60,790 nt of DNA from contig NC_068996.1 of the NCBI RefSeq assembly GCF_001194135.2, positions 30,276,817 to 30,337,606 of the forward strand, given 5' to 3'. Of the stretch, positions 50,801 through 60,790 are shown piece after piece. How positions within the stretch are numbered: the stretch's first letter is position 1; every line of letters starts with the position of its first letter. The notes below the pieces were generated by a model that worked only from the letters and a program-made list of their open reading frames with translations, ran no database searches and had not been told where the DNA came from. This DNA comes from Octopus bimaculoides (lineage: Eukaryota). The translations under genes were made by a program, and so were the position numbers.

Positions 50801-51521
50801 CCTTCAGAAAAAGATGTATCCACCTCCTACTTCTTCAAGCTGACCATCACCTTTTATACGAGTCTCTGAAAGTGCAGCTATATCAATGTTATAATGGTTC
50901 AGCTCATGAGCAACAACTGCAGTACATCTTTCAGGCCTACAATCACTTGTTATCCAACAGAATGGGCACATTTCAACATGAAATGTTCAAGTTCCATCCA
51001 GTTTTTGTAAATAAAAGTTTCTTTGTTTTTCGAGCACAAGATGGACATCCATCAGTCACGCTAAATTGACCAGATATAAACAGGCAATTTTTGGTTCAAC
51101 TTTTCTAGAACCTCCCTGGCCTCCAGGTGAGCAGTGCTTTCTCCAAATGGAGCTGCTCAGACACCCATGCAGCAACTGAATCCTACCTTGAGCGACAAGG
51201 AGACGACTTTATATCTAGCATGGGCCACTTATGTGCAGGTCACTGACTACGTGCTTCTAATCCATCAGGTCTGCATGCTTCACCACCTTTCCATCGCTGC
51301 AGGACTTCCGAATAAAAATAAAATAAAATATACTAAAGGTAAATAGATATACAAATATATACTAAAAATAAAGATACATATATGCTGAAAATAAAATAAA
51401 TATATATAGGGGTGGGGAATAAGCAGCATATATCGAGCAGAGGTCAGCAATACAAGTGCAGAGTTTTATATCCAAGAAGGCTTCCATGACACCTCATAGA
51501 CCCTCTCCACTTTATTGACAT
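47898..51521 (-). mobile_element. Full-length-sized RTE-BovB-like LINE, copy 2 (more degraded)
   Basis: Colinear with copy 1, with the same 3' end (atgatggc.gtccactcgtgac) and the same 5' end (ctctccactttattgacat). ORFs 50086-50733, 49455-49829 and 48889-49230. Confidence 0.93.
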
Positions 51522-51634
51522 CATATAGCTTACTGTTGGTGATATCATGTATCCATATATGTATACGTGAGTCTGTGTATATATATATATAATTTATATT
51601 ATTACACACACACATATACATATATATACATATG

Positions 51635-51890
51635 TTGCTGTGTGGTAAGTAGCTTGCTTATCGACCACATGATTCTGGGTTCAGTCCCACTATGTGGCAC
51701 CTCTGCCTTATGTCTTCTAGTATAGCCTTGGGCCGACCAAAGCCTTGTGAGTGGATTTGGTAGATGGAAACTGAAAGAACCGATAGAATAAGTACTAGAC
51801 TTACAAAGAATAAGTCCTGGGGTCGATTTGCTCGACTAAAGGCGGTGCTCCAGCATGGCTGCAATCAAATGACTGAAACAAGTAAAAGAC
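51635..51890 (+). mobile_element. tRNA-derived SINE with internal deletion
   Basis: gctgtgtggtaagtagcttgctt...gggttcagtccc...gaaacaagtaaaaga. Confidence 0.88.
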
Positions 51891-52096
51891 ATATATACAC
51901 ACACATATACATTTCTATACACACACACACACAAATATAATGTGCGTGCTTGAATCTTTGAGAGGAATCTATAGTGTTTTTCCCTTCAAGTCCGGCTTGA
52001 AGTTTTTTTTTTTTCGCTAGACAATAGCGTCATCCAAGTTTCCGTTTACTTTTGACATTTAACTCGTTTGTTTCTCAGTGTATGTCTCACTGTATA

Positions 52097-52153
<57 letters not shown>

Positions 52154-52468
52154 GCATGTGCACGAGAGAAAATCTATTCAATATATGTACTAATTTTTTG
52201 CTCCTTTTCCCTTTATTGTGACGTTCCTTAATATATATGTATTCACACGGAAAAAAATAAAACTCGCAGCTTTGTCGTTGTACCAGCTAGAAATAGCAGC
52301 CAAATTTCCAGAAATTAAACCCTACCTTTTTGTGTAAAGGAAGGATACATTGGCAAATGTAGGATTCCGCACCCCTAGAATAAGAAGTAATGTCGTGTAT
52401 CAGAGATGATTTGAGGTTAAACAACGCTAAGCACAGTTAATTCCCATGAATCTACCTTGACGTTCCAG

Positions 52469-52549
52469 ATTGGAGTGCGCAGACGCACGCACCACTCTTC
52501 TCTATTCTGATTGGTTACGACATTCTGCTCTATTCTGATTGGTTACGAC
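52469..52549. promoter_or_regulatory. Cluster of three inverted CCAAT (NF-Y-type) boxes
   Basis: ATTGG at 52469, 52510 and 52538. The last two lie in a 21-bp direct repeat tctattctgattggttacgac (period 28), with full CTGATTGGTT context and CpG-rich surroundings. Confidence 0.5.
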
Positions 52550-53359
52550 CATTCTACTGGTGGTGTGAGCCTTACATTTCATCACAGATCTCCAGTGCTC
52601 CCCAAAGGCGACGTACTGTACCTTCTCGTTTTAATATCACTTGCCGCACCATGACAGCTGTAGAGACTCTAATGGTAAGGCTATCTAGCAACCTTTCTAC
52701 ACACGTATTCATTATATTCATATGTATGTACAGACATTCATTATATATGTACACTTTTGATATAAGCTATTAATATATATTTTGTTTTATATGTAAACAT
52801 AATAACCATAATGTATATTTGACTGTTCATGTATATATTTTTGTCTATCGTTTACTTTATAATAATTCATCAGAAATATTCCAGCTGTGACCTCACCGGT
52901 TCTTCCTTTTTGGAGGCAGTGTGCATCACTTTAAGATAGATAGCGGGAGGAGGTGTAATTGACAGTTATTTCTAGTAGTTCAAGTGACCGCGTTGAGTAT
53001 TCCTAGTTGTTTTCCTGTTTACTCTGGAGATGGTCTATCTTCTAAAGTGTTGTAAGAGCTTAAATAACATTTCTGAGAATTAGCTATGCATATTTTAATG
53101 TTGTGCAAGTATATATTTCTAGATTTCCAGCTGTATCCGTATCTATATCCTTTTGTCAATTCTATCGACGTTTCTAAGTAAATATTTCTTCAATCTATAT
53201 TTCTGTCATCTCTTTCTTTCTCCCATCCCCTTTCACTATATATTCGTATGACGATCTTCCTTATATTTCGAACCTTCTACATCAATATTTCTCCACCCAC
53301 CCATCCATCCATTCGTTTCTTTATCTTTCTATCTCTTTTTATCTACTCTCCCTCTCTCT

Positions 53360-53394
<35 letters not shown>

Positions 53395-55016
53395 NNNNNN
53401 NNNNNNNNNNNNNNNNNNNNNNNNNNNNNNNNNNNNNNNNNNNNNNNNNNNNNNNNNNNNNNNNNNNNNNNNNNNNNNNNNNNNNNNNNNNNNNNNNNNN
53501 NNNNNNNNNNNNNNNNNNNNNNNNNNNNNNNNNNNNNNNNNNNNNNNNNNNNNNNNNNNNNNNNNNNNNNNNNNNNNNNNNNNNNNNNNNNNNNNNNNNN
53601 NNNNNNNNNNNNNNNNNNNNNNNNNNNNNNNNNNNNNNNNNNNNNNNNNNNNNNNNNNNNNNNNNNNNNNNNNNNNNNNNNNNNNNNNNNNNNNNNNNNN
53701 NNNNNNNNNNNNNNNNNNNNNNNNNNNNNNNNNNNNNNNNNNNNNNNNNNNNNNNNNNNNNNNNNNNNNNNNNNNNNNNNNNNNNNNNNNNNNNNNNNNN
53801 NNNNNNNNNNNNNNNNNNNNNNNNNNNNNNNNNNNNNNNNNNNNNNNNNNNNNNNNNNNNNNNNNNNNNNNNNNNNNNNNNNNNNNNNNNNNNNNNNNNN
53901 NNNNNNNNNNNNNNNNNNNNNNNNNNNNNNNNNNNNNNNNNNNNNNNNNNNNNNNNNNNNNNNNNNNNNNNNNNNNNNNNNNNNNNNNNNNNNNNNNNNN
54001 NNNNNNNNNNNNNNNNNNNNNNNNNNNNNNNNNNNNNNNNNNNNNNNNNNNNNNNNNNNNNNNNNNNNNNNNNNNNNNNNNNNNNNNNNNNNNNNNNNNN
54101 NNNNNNNNNNNNNNNNNNNNNNNNNNNNNNNNNNNNNNNNNNNNNNNNNNNNNNNNNNNNNNNNNNNNNNNNNNNNNNNNNNNAAATGCGTTCTTGAAGG
54201 TGAGATGCGAAACTGCCTTAGCCACTTTTCTTTACCCATATTTTAAGATAGCATTTTGCAGAAATACGTTTTCTAGAGTGTAGATTACATTGGATTGAAA
54301 ATTTAAACAAGTTTGAAAAGAATAAAAAGTGAAAATTCTGAAGTTATAAAAATTAATGGTAACGAAGTCTGAACAGGAGAGAGAAAGAATGATATAAAAT
54401 CTTTATAAAAACCACGTTAGTGTTTGTGTGTGTGAAACAAGTAAAATTATAATATCAAAACAAAATATCTTTTACATACCTCTTAAAAATCACTGGATAT
54501 ATTAATCCCAGATTGCAGTTTGTGGCATATTAGGTCACCGTAATTCATTCATCGAAAAAAAGAAAAGCATTTTCCAATAATTACGGTTTCTCCTCGCCCT
54601 TTTTTTTCTGAACTAAAATAAGGGGTTTGCGACACATTAGACATCCGCAACGCATGCCTTTTGAAAGGTATTTATAGACAATTTCATTAAAAGATATGCA
54701 TTATCCTTAAAGTTACGAGGGAAAAACATCGGATCTTGTGAATTTTCCGAAGCCCCCCCCCCGTTGCTTTCGACGCATTTTTGTTTTCATATTCGTTTCC
54801 TACACCCGCTGCATTATTTTCATTTTCGATTTCGTTTCCCGGTAATAATGTAAACATTAACCATATATATATATATATATATATTGTCAGTATCTAACAT
54901 CGCCTATATATTAATGTTATATAATGTTAATATTTATTATGTAAGGCATACCCACGCACACTTATACAGGTATGCCTATAATGTGTATTATATAATGTAT
55001 ACCTATAATATATATA

Positions 55017-55200
55017 TCGTCATCATTTAACGTCCGCTTTCCATGCTAGCATGGGTTGGACGATTTTACTGGGGACTGGCGAACCAGATGGCTACACTAG
55101 NNNNNNNNNNAACCAGATGGCTACACTAGACTCCAATCTGATCTGGTAGAGTTTCTACAGCTGGATGCCCTTCCTAACACCAACCACTCCGAGAGTGTAG
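55017..55200 (-). mobile_element. RTE family 1 3' end fragment
   Basis: catcatttaacgtccgctttccatgctagcatggg...; a 10-N gap lies inside. Confidence 0.88.
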
Positions 55201-55654
55201 TAACATTCGGATATTTATTTGCAATAAAACAATGTTCAAAGAAACTTGCTTTGCTTTGCAGCCGTGTGATTTAGGGTTCGGTCCTACTGTGTGGCACCTT
55301 CTACTATGGCTCTGGGTCAACCAATGCATTGTAAGTTTGGTAGACAGAAATTACATGGAAGCTTGTTGTATATAAATAATGGACTTATTGTATTCAGTGC
55401 TCAGGTGGTCTACAAGTTATCAGAAAAAGTAACCAAAACTGCATGAACAGTACATGGAACAACACACAGAAAGTGAATTGTGAATAAGTCTTCAAAAAGC
55501 AAAAGAAATGGCAGGGGGGAGTAGGTGAACTGTTGGCAAATTTCAATCCAAAGTTAAAATCATGACCAGTTAAAAATTGGACAAAGGGACGTCTTTTAAT
55601 TTTCCTTGATCTGCTAGAAATAGCAGCCAAATCTTCAAATTACATCTTATTAGG

Positions 55655-56040
55655 TGTGGCTGTGTGGTAAGAAGCTTGCTTCTCAACCACATGGTCCTGG
55701 CTTTAGTCCCACTGCATGGCACCCTGGGCAAATGTCTTCTGCTATAGCCTTGGACTGACCAAATCCTTGTGACTGGATTTGGTAGATGGAAACTGAAAGA
55801 AGCCCATTGTATGTGTGTGTGGTTTGAGTCTTTGTGTCTGTTTGTTTGCCACCACCACCATTCAACAACCAGTGTTGGTGTGTTTACATCTCTTTGACTT
55901 AGCAGTTCTGCAAAAGAGATTGATAGAATAAGTACCAGGCCTTATAAAATAAGTCCTGGGGTTGATTTGTTCAACTAAAACTCTTCAAGGCAATGCCCCA
56001 GCATGGCTGCAGTCAAAAGGGACTGAAACAAGTAAAAGAT
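55655..56040 (+). mobile_element. tRNA-derived SINE, full length, diverged
   Basis: Same architecture as 20795-21186. Confidence 0.85.
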
Positions 56041-56507
56041 AAAAGGCAGAAAGACATTGACTAATGTATTCTTAGATACACTATACTTGAAAAATAAAAT
56101 GTCTGATGGTCACAGCTAGAATGGACTTTGATCACAAGGGTTGCTTGGTTAGAACTAAGTATCAGCAAATCAAATGCCTATTTCAAGTGAAGTGCTGCAA
56201 CCATATGCTGGAAGTTTTAAAATCTGTTGCCAGCCTTATTGAAAGAATGCTAGTCTACTCAATATGTCATGTTTCCACAAAACAACAACAACAGGATGAA
56301 TACTCACCAAGGAAAGGGACACATGGCGGATTTATTGATCGCAATTTTTCTATGTATTTTTTGAAGTGGTCAGAATTCAATTCTATAGATATGCCTATAA
56401 TGTGCATTATATAATGTATACATATATAGATACTGTATTATACATTATATAATGGGTGCGTGTGTGTGTGTGTGTATACATATATATCTCGTTCATGTAT
56501 ACCTTTT

Positions 56508-56810
56508 ATTTGGTTCAGTCATTAGACTGCGGAGCCATGCTGGGGACACCGCCTTGAAAGGTTTAGTTGAACAAATCGATCTCTGTACGTATTCTGAACT
56601 GCTAAGTTATGTGGACAGGAACAAACCTACACCAGTCATCGAGGTGGGAGGGGCAAACACTCACACGTGCATATACAACAGGCTTCCACCAAATTCATTC
56701 ACAAGGCATAATCAACCCAGGGCTACAGTAGAAGATATTTGCCCAAGATACCACATAATGGGGCTGAACCTGAAACGACGTGGTTGCAAAGCGAGCTTTT
56801 TACCACACGG
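56508..56810 (-). mobile_element. tRNA-derived SINE, diverged
   Basis: Reverse complement of the same family (ccgtgtggtaaaaagctcgc...ttcagccc). Confidence 0.75.
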
Positions 56811-57493
56811 TTAAATACTAAATCTAATAATATAGCTTTACTATCTTTTAAATTATTCTCTATTCCAAGCTGTGTAGTGTACTTTGATAAGGATAGGATG
56901 ATGTTTAATTTCTCTATCTGAAAAATCTTAGTCGATCAAATGTGGGATCACAAGTATGGCTGTATGGGTAAGAAGCTTGCTTTCCAACCTCATGGTCTCG
57001 GGTTCGGTCCTTTTGTGTAGCACCTTGAGTAATTATCTTCTGCTCTAACCTTGGGCTGATTAAAGCCTTGTGAATGAATTTGGCAGGCAGAATTTCCATT
57101 GTTGTATATATGTGTGTGTCAAAGTGCTTGTGCTTCCTTTGACAGATTGAAGGAAAAACTGCATTGCAGTGTCTGGGAATTTGCTAATGTCTCCAAAACA
57201 TGCATAAGCTGATTAAATAATTCGCCTTCTCTTGTGTTTTTCCATACTTTGTAGTCTTATATTAAATTTATTCAGTGTTTGAACTTTACATTTACAAATT
57301 ACAGGCAGTGGAAAGTAATTTTATAGCCTACATGGATTACAATGGCTTTCACTTGACAATCACTTAGCCAAGTTTGATTCCTACAGAGTAATTATAAAGT
57401 ATTCACCTGAATGTTTAATCCCTTTTTCCGTGCGCGCGCGCGTGTGTGTGTGTGTGTGTGTGTGCGCGCGCATAAACACACACACACACACAT

Positions 57494-57538
<45 letters not shown>

Positions 57539-57591
57539 AGATTGCTAACCACTACACACATTTTTTTTCTCCCCTTGTCTCTTTCTGAGTT

Positions 57592-57628
57592 CCTTTCTGT
57601 GGAAGAGCATAGGCTCGAAACGTTAAAG
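57592..57628 (+). ncRNA. Minimal hammerhead-like motif with a non-canonical core
   Basis: CUUU-CUGUGGA-A-GAGC(AUAG)GCUC-GAAA-CGUU-AAAG. Position A6 is U. Confidence 0.45.
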
Positions 57629-57807
57629 ACTTTTTCAATTCCCGAACATTATACTAATACATCTGTTTGTTTTCTACACCACTTGTCTTCGTCTATTGTT
57701 TTTTTGTGAATTCTCCATATATATATATATGGGAGAATATACAAATAATAACAGACGAGGACAGGTGGTGTAAATAACAAAAGTATATATTAGTATGACG
57801 CATATAC

Positions 57808-57838
<31 letters not shown>

Positions 57839-58304
57839 CACACACACTATCACCACCATCATCATTTGACATTCGTGTTCAGTGCTGGCATGGGTAAGAT
57901 GGTGATGTTTTCACATAATCCAACAAGTCCAAGAACTGCATTCTGCTCCAATATCTATCTGCTTTGACATGATTACTATGGATGGATGCCTTTCCTAGTA
58001 TCATTCATTTTAAAGTGTGTACTGGCTGCTATTTTTTTGAGGGTGCAGTACAAGTGAAATTGCCATGCAGCTTGTAAGAGTACATGGCAAAATGAGAGAC
58101 AGAGATAGGGAAGGAGTGAAAAGGAGAACATAATGAACAAATATTAAGGAATAAGTAAAGAACAAAGAGGTGATGACTATAGAAATTGTGTAGGGTTCAT
58201 TGTTGACTAATGATATATCTCGGGATTGCTGGGTGGCTCGACAAAAGTGGTGACTCATTGGAAAAGGGGAGTGTTTGAAAAGACACAATAGGAATAAACA
58301 AAAT

Positions 58305-58346
<42 letters not shown>

Positions 58347-59025
58347 CATTAATTTTATGCATAAAATGTTATGAATATGTTCATATGTATTATATAAATA
58401 TAGCATACACAATATAATATGCAAATAGATTATATGAAAGAGTTAATATATATAATATTGCTATATACATGGGTGTGCACGTTAGTCTTTGTGAATTTAT
58501 TTTACATATATAATACACACACACACGTATATATGTGTGTATATATATGTATGAAATGTATTATATATATATATATATATATAGTTGTGTGTATAAATGT
58601 CAAAATGTTTAAAATATACATAATGCCTATGGCATAAATGTGTTCTACTCTTTGTATAAGCCTAAATCCCTTGACTACTGAAGATAAGATTGGACGATTA
58701 TTGTGCTGATGATATCGATTGAGACAGAAACACATGTCCACAAGTGTCCTCTTATCTCCAGACAAGTTCCTTTTCTTCACAGTGTGTTAGTTTTGAAGAA
58801 TTTCTTGAATCTTGAGATTATCTCCACTACTCAAGTTGTGTTCATGTTGTCATTTGGTAATTATGATATATCCCCTAGAGGTGAAGATAATTTTAATAAT
58901 CAAAGATTTATGTTGTATGTTATTTGATATCGTTATCTGTGTGTCTGTGTATAAATATGTGCATGCACATGTATTTGCGGATGTGTGTATATATGCATTC
59001 ATATATGTCTGTATAGATACGTGTG

Positions 59026-59857
59026 TATGAGATGCATTCAAAAAGTATCCAGCTTTATTTTTTTCTCCCACAAAAACTAATGATGCTTGGGCAAAATCCT
59101 TTGGGTGAGAGGCAACACTACCCTTCCTACGCATGTGTGAAAATGTTGGCGCTGTTATGCCTTGAGTACAGAATAGTAGTGCACTCTCGTTAGATTTTCG
59201 TTTTCACTCAAGATGGACCGAACACATCAAGTAAAGACCATAAACCCATGTCTCTTCTCCAGTAATGATGGCTTTTATGAAGGCTGGGTGGTTAGCACAG
59301 TCTAGCATCTCCTGAGTGATTTCCACTCTTCACATGCACAAATCTTCCATTAAAATGGAATCCACTGATGCTGTTCTTATTCCCACTTCATGACCAATTT
59401 TCTAGATTGTTACACAATGGGCTTCCATGACTATTGGTCAAACCTTCTCAATTGGCTTCTTGTTGCAGCTTGTGGATGGCCCTGCCTCCCTTTCCACTGA
59501 GATGTGACCATGTTTGTAGCAGTTGTATCACTCCTTGATCTGAGTTTTGCTTGTGGCATCATTGCTAAAGGCCTGCTGAATCTTCTGGTTGGTTTGAGCT
59601 TAAGTACCACCAAGCTTTTGGCAAAACTTGATGCAATATCTTTACTCAATGCATTTGGTGAAACAAAAATCTAATGATTGTGCTCTACATATTTGTACTC
59701 TAGACATAAGGGCTGGGAACTGACACAGCCTACTGGTGTGAAAACTTTCTTGCATGCACAGGAAGGGTGGTGCCCTCTCCCATCCAAAGGATTTTGCCCA
59801 CATGGCAGAAGTTTTGGCAGGGAAAAATAGTTGAATATTTTTTTAACACACTTTGTA
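59026..59857 (-). mobile_element. Internally deleted mariner transposon
   Basis: Degenerate TIRs (tatgagatgcattcaaaaagtatcc / rc tacaaagtgtgttaaaaaaatattc). Remnants IKFCQKLG and IITGEETWVYG. Confidence 0.8.
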
Positions 59858-59873
59858 TTCATGTGTGTGTGTA

Positions 59874-60790
59874 TACGGGTTATTTCAAAAACTTCGATAT
59901 CATTTGAGATGTAAATATCACAGAAACTACATAGTCAAAGCAAATGAAACTAAACAGACTTAATGTTGAGCAACATCAGATTTATTCCTCCAAATTTGAA
60001 TGAGAAATTCAAAGGTATGTGGCTTCCATGAACAATTTCATATTGCCGATCACATTTCCCTCAAAGAAAAACAGGCCATGAAGATGCTTCTTGGAGATGG
60101 CGCAGAACACATTCACTTTTGGTGAGTCCCTCTCATGCTCAACTGTGCATGGAGATTTTTCGCCCCAAATGCAAACATTATGCTTGTTGACTTTGCCATT
60201 CGTATGAAATGTGGCCTCATCACTGAAAACAAGATGTTCCTTGAACTCAGCTTCTTCAAGTTTCTTTTGCATATCAACACAATTGTTTGTGCTTTCGCTT
60301 GTCATCTGCCATTATGGTCTGAACAAGCTGAAGGTTGTAGGGTTTCATTAGCAAGCCTTTCCTCAGGACGTGCCAAACTGTTGTTGGAGGAATCTGGGTT
60401 TCCAGACTTGTTCTTCTTATGGACTTCTTGGGACTTTGCAAGAGTTTTTGGCGAACCTGCTTGACCATCTCTTTCAATGTTAGTGGTTGTCCAGATGTCT
60501 TCAGATATTAGTGGTCGTCCAGATCTCTTCCGATGTTAGTGGTTGCCCTGCACAGACAACCTTTCTCTTTGAATTTTTTGTGCCATGTCCAAATCTGCAT
60601 TGCTGTGGGTGACTTTTCAAAGAACTCTCACAAATGCACGCTGCACAGTCTTGTTCGACTGTGTTTGAGCATATTCCAACACACAAAATGCCTTTCTCTT
60701 CCAGTGAATGCCATTTCTATAACTGAAAAGATAAACATATCAAACATTGGCAAGACTTGCCCCCACCACCACACTTTCTTTAAGTTTTCC
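59874..60790 (-). mobile_element. Tc1/mariner-superfamily transposase relic (DUF4817-like HTH), internally deleted
   Basis: KAFCVLEYAQTQSNKTVQRAF; SPKKSIRRTSLETQIPPTTVW; FSDEATFHTNGKVNKHNVCIWG...ERDSPKVNVFCA. The terminus ta|tacggg lies at ~59874. Confidence 0.85.

Noticed and set aside
51984-52014. cttcaag-tccgg-cttgaag plus T12, resembling an intrinsic terminator
   Set aside because: Rho-independent terminators are bacterial. A 7-bp stem next to poly-T is expected by chance here.
58197-59134. Short ORFs rich in YI/CV/HT, including 58502-58780
   Set aside because: Mostly microsatellite translations. No recognisable domain or convincing splice-bounded exon.

Overview
AT-rich, repeat-dense eukaryotic DNA with N-gaps. 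The SINE and LINE families match my recollection of Octopus repeats (inference; no search run). It holds one host gene, ENOPH1 (enolase-phosphatase E1, methionine salvage), on the + strand. Coding exons 2-6 are at 10975-11076, 12599-12795, 19154-19286, 31382-31505 and 34315-34496; they splice in frame to 245 aa. The first coding exon (DIEGT motif) is not visible, and the last intron has a GC donor. The rest is transposon-derived: R4/Dong-like, CR1-like, two RTE-clade LINE families, a Penelope-like element, tRNA-derived SINEs, a Helitron helicase remnant and three Tc1/mariner relics. The best finding is an apparently intact type I hammerhead ribozyme (23754-23848, +) in ENOPH1 intron 4, sense to the pre-mRNA. 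It sits at the 3' end of the Penelope-like element, and a 128-nt inverted copy shows a compensatory stem II change and an A-to-G bias. Also notable: a circularly permuted R4 element, a filled/empty SINE site pair, two tandem full-length BovB-like LINEs and a CCAAT-box promoter candidate near 52.5 kb. No CRISPR, rRNA or true tRNA genes were seen.
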